Source: an uncultured Candidatus Saccharibacteria bacterium (GTDB taxonomy: Bacteria > Patescibacteriota > Saccharimonadia > Saccharimonadales > UBA4665). From it: a stretch of 64,000 nt of DNA. The stretch lies in the NCBI GenBank assembly GCA_964570005.1, contig CAZMWE010000001.1:7378-71377 (forward strand), read 5' to 3'. The notes under the pieces are model-generated. The model was not told the DNA's origin. It did not search any database and worked only from the letters and a program-made list of their open reading frames with translations. Position 1 is the stretch's first letter. Each line of letters begins with the position of its first letter. Positions 50,978 to 59,264 of this stretch are shown one piece after another. The position numbers and the translations under genes are program-made.

Positions 50978-51649
50978 CTAGCCGCCACACTGGCAGGAGT
51001 TGTACTTGGTGTACTGCACGCTGTGTAGGTTGACAGGTTTCATGGAGTCAAACACTGGCGCCCAGTTGTAATCCACATACTTCGAAGCGGCTGAATTGTC
51101 TACCGAGATCGTAACGTCAGTATTTTTCTCGAACCAGTTCACTAGTATGTCATACGGTCTGCCGTGGTCGTCGATGCCATACCAGACGCGGTAGGTATTG
51201 CCTTTGGGAGTGTTGTATATGGTGCAAGAATTGCCGTAGCCCCAGCATGATACCGGGCCCGATTTTGGCCAATCCTTTTGGCTTTCGGTAATCGTGAGGT
51301 CGGGGCTGCTCAGTTTAAGTGTGTAAAAGAAGTTCCAAATATCCATACTGGTTACGTGCTGGCGGCCTAGGGACTGTCCAGTTACTCTAATAATGTTAGG
51401 CAGTACGGCGGGTTTGTAGCCTGTAAAGCCTGGATGGGCGGGAGCACCGAAGCCAACCACCTGATTGATGAACAGCGACATGACGGTTGCTAAGCACGCC
51501 AATATAGCGGCAGTGGACCACACTATAACCCGCACATATTTTCGGTGCGCTTTTGGCCGGAGGTGTTTTCTGGTTGGCGTAGAAGCTACGGACACTTTAC
51601 GAGTATTAGTTGTATTAGTTCGACTTTTGTTATGCCGCCATTGTAACAA
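50978..51649 (-). CDS. membrane-anchored hypothetical protein
   Basis: Basic N-terminus, one TM (VIVWSTAAILACLATVMSLFI), a ~150-aa extracytoplasmic domain, and a C-terminus ..YNSCQCGG. TTG start is uncertain. Confidence 0.5.
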   Translation of the reverse strand: MLQWRHNKSRTNTTNTRKVSVASTPTRKHLRPKAHRKYVRVIVWSTAAILACLATVMSLFINQVVGFGAPAHPGFTGYKPAVLPNIIRVTGQSLGRQHVTSMDIWNFFYTLKLSSPDLTITESQKDWPKSGPVSCWGYGNSCTIYNTPKGNTYRVWYGIDDHGRPYDILVNWFEKNTDVTISVDNSAASKYVDYNWAPVFDSMKPVNLHSVQYTKYNSCQCGG

Positions 51650-51718
51650 AGCTCTTTATATCGTTGTAGGAGCGCTGACGATAGCACCGGGGCGGTATCA
51701 AGGCTACCGTTGTTGCTG

Positions 51719-53410
51719 CTAGAACGCCTCGACATTGCCCAACAGCGCCTCTAAAATGCCTGATGTGCCCCAGTGTCGAGATTTTTCGTCCGAGAAGGGT
51801 CCACTGTTATTGTCGCCCTTGCCAAAGTCGTTCCAGTAAATACGGCCACCCGCCTGTACCCCTGTGGCTCGCAGCCAATTAGAGGCCCTCTGAGCGGCGA
51901 TTTGGTAGTCACTGATTTTGGTAACTCGATGGAGCTCTCGTAAAAAGACCAGTATGCCGGCAGCGCCGTTGTTTAGGTTCGCATGGGTTAACGGACTGGT
52001 TGGATTCAAATATTCAGGCCAGGATCGACCGTCGTTCGCCTCATGCTTTGCCGCTAGGATAAGCCAGTTGCCTGCCTGCTTAGCACGCTCCAGATAGAGC
52101 GGGTTACCGGTTATCTCATGAGCTCGTAAGTAGGACCGGCCGATACCCGAGGCCCCTTCTTCGTTGCCTGTCGCGTAGTGGTAGTTGTCGGTGCTCTCGG
52201 GATCGAGAGCCAATCTCCACGCTGCGGCATCAGCTTGAACCAATACCATGGCTTCTGTATCGAGCCAGGTGTATAGCCTGCCTGCTTTGTCTTTGAACTC
52301 CTGCGCCCGTTCAGGAAAGATATTCATACCCACCAGGTCTAAGTACATGGAAGCGATACCGGCTTGGCCTGAGAGAGAACCGGAGTTCATGTTTGTATTC
52401 CCGTCCCCTCCCGCCGCGGTGTCCGTTTCCGGGAAAGCTGAGCCCGAGATGTCAGTATTCTGTGCTGGATCTACATTACCGGCTAGCTCATCCCTCAACT
52501 CGTCGCGAACAAGGTCCAAGTAATTTAGGCCGCCCTCTACCCGCTGCTTACACGTCTCGGCAAGCGCGGCAACTTTCGGATCGACATCATCTTTAAGCCG
52601 CCCGTAGAACTTAGCGAGGGCGTAGATGATCCCTGTTACGCCCATGCCCCTGCCTTCGTAGTATGAAGAGCCACCATCCGCCGTATCCCATAGCCAACGG
52701 TCGCCGTTCCGGGTTTTACCCGTGATCTGTGCCTGTGCGACCAGCCATTGTACACCGTCAATTGCTGCCTTCCTGTCTTCCTCATTACCGGTTAGCTCCC
52801 ACAGTTCCCAAAGAGTATCAGCAATACCCGCGGCCCCATCGTCATATGAAGAATATGCGGTAGTAGACACGTCGCCGCCATCATCAGCATAATCGGGCCA
52901 GTAGATGCCGCCGCTACGTGGATCATGTATGGCGACAGACCGTAACCATGCTCCTGTCATACCCGCGGCATCCATAAAACGCTGATTCTTGGGGGACGTC
53001 CTGGCGAGCGCCATGAGTCCCCTTGCGATGCCGGAGGCTCCCACGTCCGTGTCGGTGTAAGGTCTGGGGTCTTGTATCTTACTCCGAAAGCGTAGTCCTA
53101 TTTTGCCATCGGGTAAGGTTACTTGCTCGCCTTGTGCGATAAGGTCTTCCCCGGCCTGCATGATGAATGCTAGCTCTGGCCCCCGTTCGGGAGTTGAATC
53201 GGTAGATGCAGGCGAAGCCTCAGCGGTTTGTCTAGGGGCGGGCGGATTCTCGAGGGTTTGCTGGGGGGTGGGTGCCGCTCCGCGTGTACAGGCAGCTAGT
53301 GCAGCGCTTACTAGTGTGCCACCGGTACCCAGAAGCAGCCCCCGGCGCGATAAACCAAGGTGTGTATCTTGCTGGGGAGGAAGTACTGGTTGGTCTTCAA
53401 ACTGTTTCAT
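51719..53410 (-). CDS. Tat-exported lipoprotein with LanC-like (alpha/alpha) toroid repeats
   Basis: Twin-arginine LSRRGLLLG plus lipobox LAAC. Seven G-x-[AST]-G-I repeats (GASGIARG, GAAGIADT, GVTGIIYA, GQAGIASM, GASGIGRS, GAAGILVF, GTSGILEA). The mature protein has one Cys and no CHG-type zinc site. Confidence 0.68.
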   Translation of the reverse strand: MKQFEDQPVLPPQQDTHLGLSRRGLLLGTGGTLVSAALAACTRGAAPTPQQTLENPPAPRQTAEASPASTDSTPERGPELAFIMQAGEDLIAQGEQVTLPDGKIGLRFRSKIQDPRPYTDTDVGASGIARGLMALARTSPKNQRFMDAAGMTGAWLRSVAIHDPRSGGIYWPDYADDGGDVSTTAYSSYDDGAAGIADTLWELWELTGNEEDRKAAIDGVQWLVAQAQITGKTRNGDRWLWDTADGGSSYYEGRGMGVTGIIYALAKFYGRLKDDVDPKVAALAETCKQRVEGGLNYLDLVRDELRDELAGNVDPAQNTDISGSAFPETDTAAGGDGNTNMNSGSLSGQAGIASMYLDLVGMNIFPERAQEFKDKAGRLYTWLDTEAMVLVQADAAAWRLALDPESTDNYHYATGNEEGASGIGRSYLRAHEITGNPLYLERAKQAGNWLILAAKHEANDGRSWPEYLNPTSPLTHANLNNGAAGILVFLRELHRVTKISDYQIAAQRASNWLRATGVQAGGRIYWNDFGKGDNNSGPFSDEKSRHWGTSGILEALLGNVEAF

Positions 53411-53702
53411 GCTGGGTTTTGTCTCCTTTTGTAAAAATGCATAAGGGTAATGTTAGTGTGTCGGCACGTATATGTAAGTGGGTTTTCGTACAGACTGTAG
53501 CTGGCAGATGGGGGAAGCATAGGCAAGGAAAACAGCAGCTAGGCGCGTTGTGCATGAATGTACCGCGGAATGCTATGAAAACTGACCAGCACCCGCTCCG
53601 ATGGATATCCCCAATGAATGGGTTTTTCCCAGAACAGCCGTCATATAGTACGTGCCCGCCCTGCTCATGGAACCTGGTCGGCCTTTTCAGTACTTGGTAT
53701 GG

Positions 53703-54008
53703 CTAGGGGGTCGGCTTCGAATGCTTGGTGCTCGTCATAAGCTTCAGGTTTGATATGTACCCGTCCAGATTGATGTCAGGATGCATACTGAGCCGATTGA
53801 GATGTCGCTCCACAAATGGGTCGGGATTGATTATGAGGGGCGAAGGGGTGGTATTGTAGTCCGGACTGTCTACCAGGGCCTGCAATAGCCCGCGGGCCTC
53901 TTTGCATAGGTCGGAGGCGTAAAAGCGCTTTTGGGCGTGTGTAACGAACTGATTATTTTCGACGGTATGACCCGGCGAAGCCTGTTTTACCGGTTGTTCC
54001 CTATCCAT
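53703..54008 (-). CDS. hypothetical protein
   Basis: 101-aa ORF with AAAGGAG upstream. No family recognised. Confidence 0.4.
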   Translation of the reverse strand: MDREQPVKQASPGHTVENNQFVTHAQKRFYASDLCKEARGLLQALVDSPDYNTTPSPLIINPDPFVERHLNRLSMHPDINLDGYISNLKLMTSTKHSKPTP

Positions 54009-54173
54009 TTACTCACGACGCTCCTTTCGATACTTACGATTGCTTGTAGCAAATTTCGCATATTTGGGAGCAATGTAGTTTTCAACGCTTTGATTTGTGC
54101 GGTACTTACTGTAGGTAGTATACGCCCGGGCCGGTAGATAACCTATTTAAGCGGTGACGCGGTAGTGCGGTAT

Positions 54174-54485
54174 CTAGTAAGATCGACGGCGGTTGTCACG
54201 GTTGCCACCACCGAAGTCACGGCGAGGTGGTCGATCTTCCTGCGGTCGGGCCTGGTTAACCATGACCGACCGTCCGTTCAGTTCTTTGCCGTTTAGATTC
54301 TTGATGGCATTCTGACCCTCTTTGAGGTCTTGCATCTCAACGAAGCCGAAGCCTTTTGATTGACCGCTAAACTTATCCTTAATAACGACTGCGCTCAGCA
54401 CAGTGCCCTCTGTAGAGAAGAAGTCACGGAGCTCATCATCCGTAACGCTGTAGGCTAAACCGCCGACGTATAATTTCATTGCCAT
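54174..54485 (-). CDS. RRM-type RNA-binding protein with RG-rich tail
   Basis: RNP2 KLYVGGL and RNP1 KGFGFVEM. C-terminal RPPRRDFGGGNRDNRRR. Confidence 0.9.
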   Translation of the reverse strand: MAMKLYVGGLAYSVTDDELRDFFSTEGTVLSAVVIKDKFSGQSKGFGFVEMQDLKEGQNAIKNLNGKELNGRSVMVNQARPQEDRPPRRDFGGGNRDNRRRSY

Positions 54486-54823
54486 ATTCTTTAAGCCTTT
54501 CGTTGCTTAGTAACTAATGTAGCCTGCATTTAGTATTGCTGTTCGCGCGTCCCGTTCCAGCCGGAAGGTTCAAAGATGACGGAAAAATAATAGTAAGTAC
54601 GTGCTCTGAACACTTATTATACCATGCTAAAAGTACTCTTGTCCATGGCCACCTAATTTTAGAAAGACAAAATACCTTTTCTATGATATACTTTAAGTCA
54701 AGCAAGTGGTTACTATAGCCTCTCCGTTGCTATGATTGGCCTTCCAGGACGTATCACACATCGGTCAGAACATAATAAGCGAGTGTGATATCAGTTTAAA
54801 TTTAAAAAAAGGGATTACAAATT

Positions 54824-55138
54824 ATGGCAATGAAACTCTACGTTGGCGGTCTCGCCTATAGTGTTACCGAAAAAGAACTTGAAACGGTATTTGCAGAATA
54901 CGGCACCGTTACCAGTGCCGCAGTCATCAAGGACCGCGATAGCGGTCAGTCCAAGGGCTTCGGCTTTGTGGAAATGTCAGACGACAACGAAGCCAAGGCT
55001 GCTATGGCTGCCCTGAACGGCAAAGAAATCGGCGGCCGCAGTATCGTGGTCAACGAAGCTCGTCCTCAAGAAGATCGCCGTTCCGGCGGTGGTGACTCAC
55101 GTCGCTCCAGTGGCGGTAACTTCCGTCGCTCCTACTAA
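54824..55138 (+). CDS. RRM-type RNA-binding protein with RG/S-rich tail
   Basis: RNP2 KLYVGGL and RNP1 KGFGFVEM. A divergently oriented paralogue of 54174..54485, with the same first 14 residues. Confidence 0.9.
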   Translation: MAMKLYVGGLAYSVTEKELETVFAEYGTVTSAAVIKDRDSGQSKGFGFVEMSDDNEAKAAMAALNGKEIGGRSIVVNEARPQEDRRSGGGDSRRSSGGNFRRSY

Positions 55139-55168
55139 ATCCGGACTTCTTTAGAATCCGTATGTAAC

Positions 55169-55186
55169 CAGACCGCTCGCGGTCTG
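55169..55186 (+). terminator. 7-bp GC-rich hairpin after the RRM gene
   Basis: cagaccg-ctcg-cggtctg, with a tttt run 13 nt downstream. Confidence 0.35.
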
Positions 55187-55204
55187 CAGAACGGTGGTTT
55201 TCCT

Positions 55205-56272
55205 ATGGCGAAAAACAACACGCGCATTGAGGTCGTGACTTCTACGAAGCGTGGCCTGAGTTCTATGAGTTTGGGGTCTGCCGGAGCGGCTCAAGTCGTT
55301 CTGGCTAGACACTACACCCAGGTTCGGACCACTATTGTAAACAGCCTGTCTGATCTTAATGCCCTGCTAGCGCGCCATCCGGACGTGGTCTTTTTGGGCA
55401 TGAAATTTCTGCCCAGCAATCCAGCATTTGGACGTAATGATCCCAGAAAGATCTGGCTAAATGATTATCTGGAGGATGCGGGTATCGTGTGTACAGGCTC
55501 CGACTACTGGGCACACGAACTGGAGCTTAACAAAGAGCTGGCCAAACGGCGTGTGCTGCAAGCCGGACTCAAGACCGCACGGTTCTATATCGCTAGGGCA
55601 AACGAACCGTTTTCCCAAGCTGACATAGCGCTTGAGTATCCACTATTCGTAAAGCCGTCTGACAGGGGCGGTGGTTTGGGGGTCGACGCTGATTCGTTAG
55701 TCCATACGTTTACTCAGCTGCAGTCGAAAGTCCGCTCTATAGCAGATAAGCTGGGTTCCGATGCGCTCATTGAAGAATACCTGCCAGGGCGTGAGTTCAG
55801 CGTAGGTATCCTAAAGGATGCTGAGGCAGACGATTACTGTGCGCTGCCCCTGGAGCTGGTCGCTCCGGTGAACGACTCCGGGACACGTTTCTTAAGCGGA
55901 CAGATAAAGTCCGCTGACACTGAGCAGCACTTCGCGGTGACAGATGCGGCTCTAAGGGCCAATATTAATACGCTGGCGATGAACGTCTTTCGCGTCCTGG
56001 GTGCCAGAGATTACGGGCGAATTGATATTCGTTTGAATGCCGCTGGCGTACCGCACTTTCTGGAGGCCAACCTGCTGCCGAGTCTACTAGAGGGTTACGG
56101 TAACTTTCCCAAGACCTGCCTGCTTAATGCGGGTCTCGCATATGAACCGATGCTACTGCGCATAGTAGAGCTGGCCTTGCACCGTGATCCGGCGACGGCG
56201 GGCGATACGCCAGAGGTCTTGCCTGATCCCGGATTGCTCAGTGCATTCAAAACAGCAGTTGAAGCTGTCTAG
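55205..56272 (+). CDS. ATP-grasp enzyme, D-alanine--D-alanine ligase-like
   Basis: ..NKELAKRRVLQAGLKTARF.., YPLFVKPSDRGGGLGV, LIEEYLPGREFSVGIL and YGRIDIRL..PHFLEANLLPSL are Ddl/ATP-grasp signatures. Confidence 0.78.
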   Translation: MAKNNTRIEVVTSTKRGLSSMSLGSAGAAQVVLARHYTQVRTTIVNSLSDLNALLARHPDVVFLGMKFLPSNPAFGRNDPRKIWLNDYLEDAGIVCTGSDYWAHELELNKELAKRRVLQAGLKTARFYIARANEPFSQADIALEYPLFVKPSDRGGGLGVDADSLVHTFTQLQSKVRSIADKLGSDALIEEYLPGREFSVGILKDAEADDYCALPLELVAPVNDSGTRFLSGQIKSADTEQHFAVTDAALRANINTLAMNVFRVLGARDYGRIDIRLNAAGVPHFLEANLLPSLLEGYGNFPKTCLLNAGLAYEPMLLRIVELALHRDPATAGDTPEVLPDPGLLSAFKTAVEAV

Positions 56273-56280
56273 ACCTATCA

Positions 56281-56670
56281 CTACGTGGTCTGTAGCACAG
56301 AAAGTATGTTGCCTGCCGGGTCTTTGAACCAGGCTATGTCTGGACCTTGGTTGGCGCTAAGCCCGCGTGCTATACCTTTTTCGTCCTGTGGGGCGGGCAT
56401 ATTGTCGTAACGTTCAAAAACAACTCCCTGCTCTGCCAATTCGTCGACTGTCTGGTCGATGTCATCGACTACAAAATTCAAGATAGTGAATGTCGCCGGC
56501 TGATGATCTTCTTTCGGATAGACAAACACTTCTCCGCCGCCGGGCAGCTTTAGCTGTAGTCCCATTGTTTCGTCACCTGCGACGAGTCCGAGTACTTGCG
56601 TGTAAAATTGCTTTGCTTGATCAAGGTCGTTAACCGAAAAACCACTGAATACCGTTTGCGCTTTAAGCAT
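56281..56670 (-). CDS. VOC/glyoxalase-bleomycin-resistance-fold protein
   Basis: 129 aa. FSVNDLDQAKQFYTQVLGL.. and ..DPAGNILSV are VOC module ends. AGGGAG SD and TGgTATAAT further upstream. Confidence 0.82.
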   Translation of the reverse strand: MLKAQTVFSGFSVNDLDQAKQFYTQVLGLVAGDETMGLQLKLPGGGEVFVYPKEDHQPATFTILNFVVDDIDQTVDELAEQGVVFERYDNMPAPQDEKGIARGLSANQGPDIAWFKDPAGNILSVLQTT

Positions 56671-56791
56671 GCCCGCTCCCTTCGTTTATATACTTGATTA
56701 TACCAGCTAGACCATTATGTATACTAAGCTCGAACAAACTAACTGCTCAGTATGACTTATGATCAAAACACCCCCGTGTTTTACCATAGGC

Positions 56792-57375
56792 TTAAGGAAC
56801 CCGCCCGATGTAGTCGGCCTGCCAGTCGGAGCCGCTGCCGTGAAGCAAGGTTATTGAGGCGTTTGGAAAATCGTACGTAGTCCACACGGGGAAACCTGCC
56901 TGCAGTAGTAGGCCGGTTCCGGCCAGTATCGGCTCAAAATGACTGACCAAAATAAGGACCGTCTTTTCACGGTTGCTCTGCACGACGCTGACCAGACGCT
57001 TGCCACTTTGCTGCCAGCTTTCACCTTCCGGCGGCACAAAGACAAAGCGTTTGTCTGGTGGGAGTTTCAAAAACTTGCCATAGACGTGTTCGTCTGTCTC
57101 GTTGCGCCAGGCGCCCACGTTACCTTCTGTTAGCCGGGGTCGGTATGCACCGGAACGGCCATAACCTGCGCTAAGGCTTCAGCTGTTTGCTGCGCACGCG
57201 TAAGCGGCGAACTAACAATGTGAGGGCTAGCCAGTTGTAATTGCTTCAGAAATTGTGCGGTTCGGGCCGCTTCCTGTTGGCCGATGGTCGTGAGCGGACT
57301 ATCGTTGTCCCAGGGGTAATCTATGGGATGGACGTTGGCGGCCGTTTGTCCATGGCGAACAAGAAACAGCTGCAT
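56792..57375 (-). pseudogene. histidine phosphatase (phosphoglycerate-mutase family) interrupted by a 1-nt frameshift
   Basis: The N-fragment (57130..57375) has LVRHGQT and ends ..HTDPG*. The C-fragment (56792..57118) has ..VLILVSHFEP. Reading through with one extra C in the C4 run (plus-strand GGGG 57135..57138) gives HTDPRLTEGNVGAW, the family consensus D.rL.E...G.W. Confidence 0.75.
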
Positions 57376-58265
57376 TACTGTTCGATGAAGACGTCGCTTA
57401 GCAGGTCAAGCTGTGTCGTGATTATATTGCCGGTGTGCTCGATCAGCGTATCCAGTCGTACGGTTGACCCGTCGGCCCTGATTACGTAATCATCTTGCGA
57501 GTGGTGCTCGTCGGCGATGGTGGATTTCAGCCATTCCGTAAAACCGACTGCTGTGCCGCCGGCTACTGCATCCAGATAGCTGGTAGCGCGCCTGAACAGC
57601 TTAGGCAGGATTAAGTTCTGACTATCCGGGCCGATCGAATCGTGTGATGTCAGCTCAAACCGGCTGGTTTTATCGGCGTCCCATATACCCACACCCTTTT
57701 CCTGTGCGAGCTTGGCTTTTGCAAATAAATACTCTCGCTGCGCGGCCGGTGTCGAGCTGTAAATGGTGACATAGGCCGCACCGCTCAAGAGCATCTGCAT
57801 GTTAACAGTTTGATCGAGCATCTGATCGTCCAACGTCCCCATAGTTCCCTCCTTCTGCGAGACAGTTCTTCCCGCTATAAGGTAAGAAACCGGCCGGCCG
57901 TAGGGGTCGAGCAGGCTGACAAAATTCGTTGCCGGAATTTGAGACGGTGTGCTGGCCGTAACGGACCCGGCGGCGTCAAAGACAACATTGCTAAAGCCAA
58001 CGTAGTTCAAGAAAGCGGTGCGGGCGCTTACGCCCTGCGGTTGTGCTTGACCTAAAAAGTGTGTTTCGGGAGCGTCAATGCCGTCGATACGCAGTTGTAA
58101 ACTGCCGTCGCTCGCAGGCCTAAGGCGCGAGGCATTTGGCAGATGCAGTAACGTGCGAAAGTCATTGGGAATAAAGCGGATTGAGTCGCCATCCGGTTCC
58201 CGGCCTACAATCGTCAGCTTGCCGTGAATTGTTAGAAAGTTATTTGCACTCAGTCTTGGCTCCAT
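57375..58265 (-). CDS. staphylococcal-nuclease (SNase/thermonuclease)-fold protein with C-terminal extension
   Basis: DGDSIRF, LQLRIDGIDAPETH and LLDPYGRPVSYLI match SNase DGDT / vRL.GID.PE / D.YGR.laY. Trimmed to ATG 58265 (GGAGG 10 nt upstream, 2 nt after the protease stop). No signal peptide. Confidence 0.75.
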   Translation of the reverse strand: MEPRLSANNFLTIHGKLTIVGREPDGDSIRFIPNDFRTLLHLPNASRLRPASDGSLQLRIDGIDAPETHFLGQAQPQGVSARTAFLNYVGFSNVVFDAAGSVTASTPSQIPATNFVSLLDPYGRPVSYLIAGRTVSQKEGTMGTLDDQMLDQTVNMQMLLSGAAYVTIYSSTPAAQREYLFAKAKLAQEKGVGIWDADKTSRFELTSHDSIGPDSQNLILPKLFRRATSYLDAVAGGTAVGFTEWLKSTIADEHHSQDDYVIRADGSTVRLDTLIEHTGNIITTQLDLLSDVFIEQ

Positions 58266-58267
58266 AG

Positions 58268-59065
58268 TTACCGTTCCTCCACTGTTCGGAGTAACCACTG
58301 GTCAGAAGCGAGGCCGGTACTCGCCAAATATTCGAATGGCAGATAGCAGTAACCCTTGTCGCCCCATGAGCTTCCCCATGAATTGCGACAAATAAATTCC
58401 TCTTTACCTATGTCGTAGCCGACGACAAGGATGGCGTGGCCGCCAAGCAGGGTTTCTGACTTTTGTGGCACCGGTATGCGGCCGGTGGCGGCTGTCGCAT
58501 CTGTCTCAAAACTCTCGTAGACTGATATACCCGTTACGAATGGATAGCCGCTGCTCAGGCAGGTCAGCATGTCATTTGTTGGATTGGCGGCGGGCCGCAT
58601 AATGCGCTGGTAGGTTAGTAACCGATTCTTTAGACCGTCCTGATATGCCTGAACTGGCGGTTTTACGGTGAACTTTGCGATATCGTATGGCCAGTCTGTT
58701 TCGGGGCTGGCACCAAGTTTCACTAACACCTTTACGCCATCGCGGATCATTGCACCGGCGTCAGAATCCACGGTACCCTCCAGGTTGCGTTCATTCCAAT
58801 AGATAAACAGGCGTGAAGGTGACATGAACGGTTCACCTTCTTTGTGGTGGTCAAAATCAAAAGCCGCAGCCAGGGCATTGGCCGTGCAGCTGCCGAGCTG
58901 GCCTTGATCGTAAATAGGAGGACAATCGGGCCGCAGATCTATGCTGCGGGGTAGTGTTACGCCCTTTGCTGCCGCAAGTTCTGCCTGGAAAATACGGTCG
59001 CGGTGATCCGGGATATCCGGTACCCAGCCGAGTCCATGCTTGCCTGGTGTCGCATAATACTTCAT
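58268..59065 (-). CDS. papain-like cysteine peptidase (C1 family), no signal peptide
   Basis: Gln/Cys in DQGQLGSCTANALAAA, His in GGHAILVVGYD, Asn/Trp in RNSWGSSWGDKGY. AAGGAGG SD 5 nt upstream. Confidence 0.85.
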   Translation of the reverse strand: MKYYATPGKHGLGWVPDIPDHRDRIFQAELAAAKGVTLPRSIDLRPDCPPIYDQGQLGSCTANALAAAFDFDHHKEGEPFMSPSRLFIYWNERNLEGTVDSDAGAMIRDGVKVLVKLGASPETDWPYDIAKFTVKPPVQAYQDGLKNRLLTYQRIMRPAANPTNDMLTCLSSGYPFVTGISVYESFETDATAATGRIPVPQKSETLLGGHAILVVGYDIGKEEFICRNSWGSSWGDKGYCYLPFEYLASTGLASDQWLLRTVEER

Positions 59066-59264
59066 ACGTACCTCCTTGTTGAGCGTTGGCTGTCAAACTC
59101 AGTCTATAGCACGCAAGCTGGGCGCGCAATTAGGCACTGTGTCCTCTCGACGCGCCTGTAAAAGTACCGGAGATGGATCGCTATAGCTCGTGCGACTTTC
59201 TCCGCGACTGTATTGTCCACCTGGGTGCTTGCCCGTAGCATGTTCACCATAACGGACTTATGGC

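Noticed and set aside
56715-56730. Plus-strand TGTATACTAAG box resembling the leaderless promoters, pointing into the histidine-phosphatase pseudogene
   Set aside because: No plus-strand gene follows. The string is part of a GTATAC palindrome near the minus-strand TGgTATAAT promoter of the VOC gene, so it is probably coincidental.
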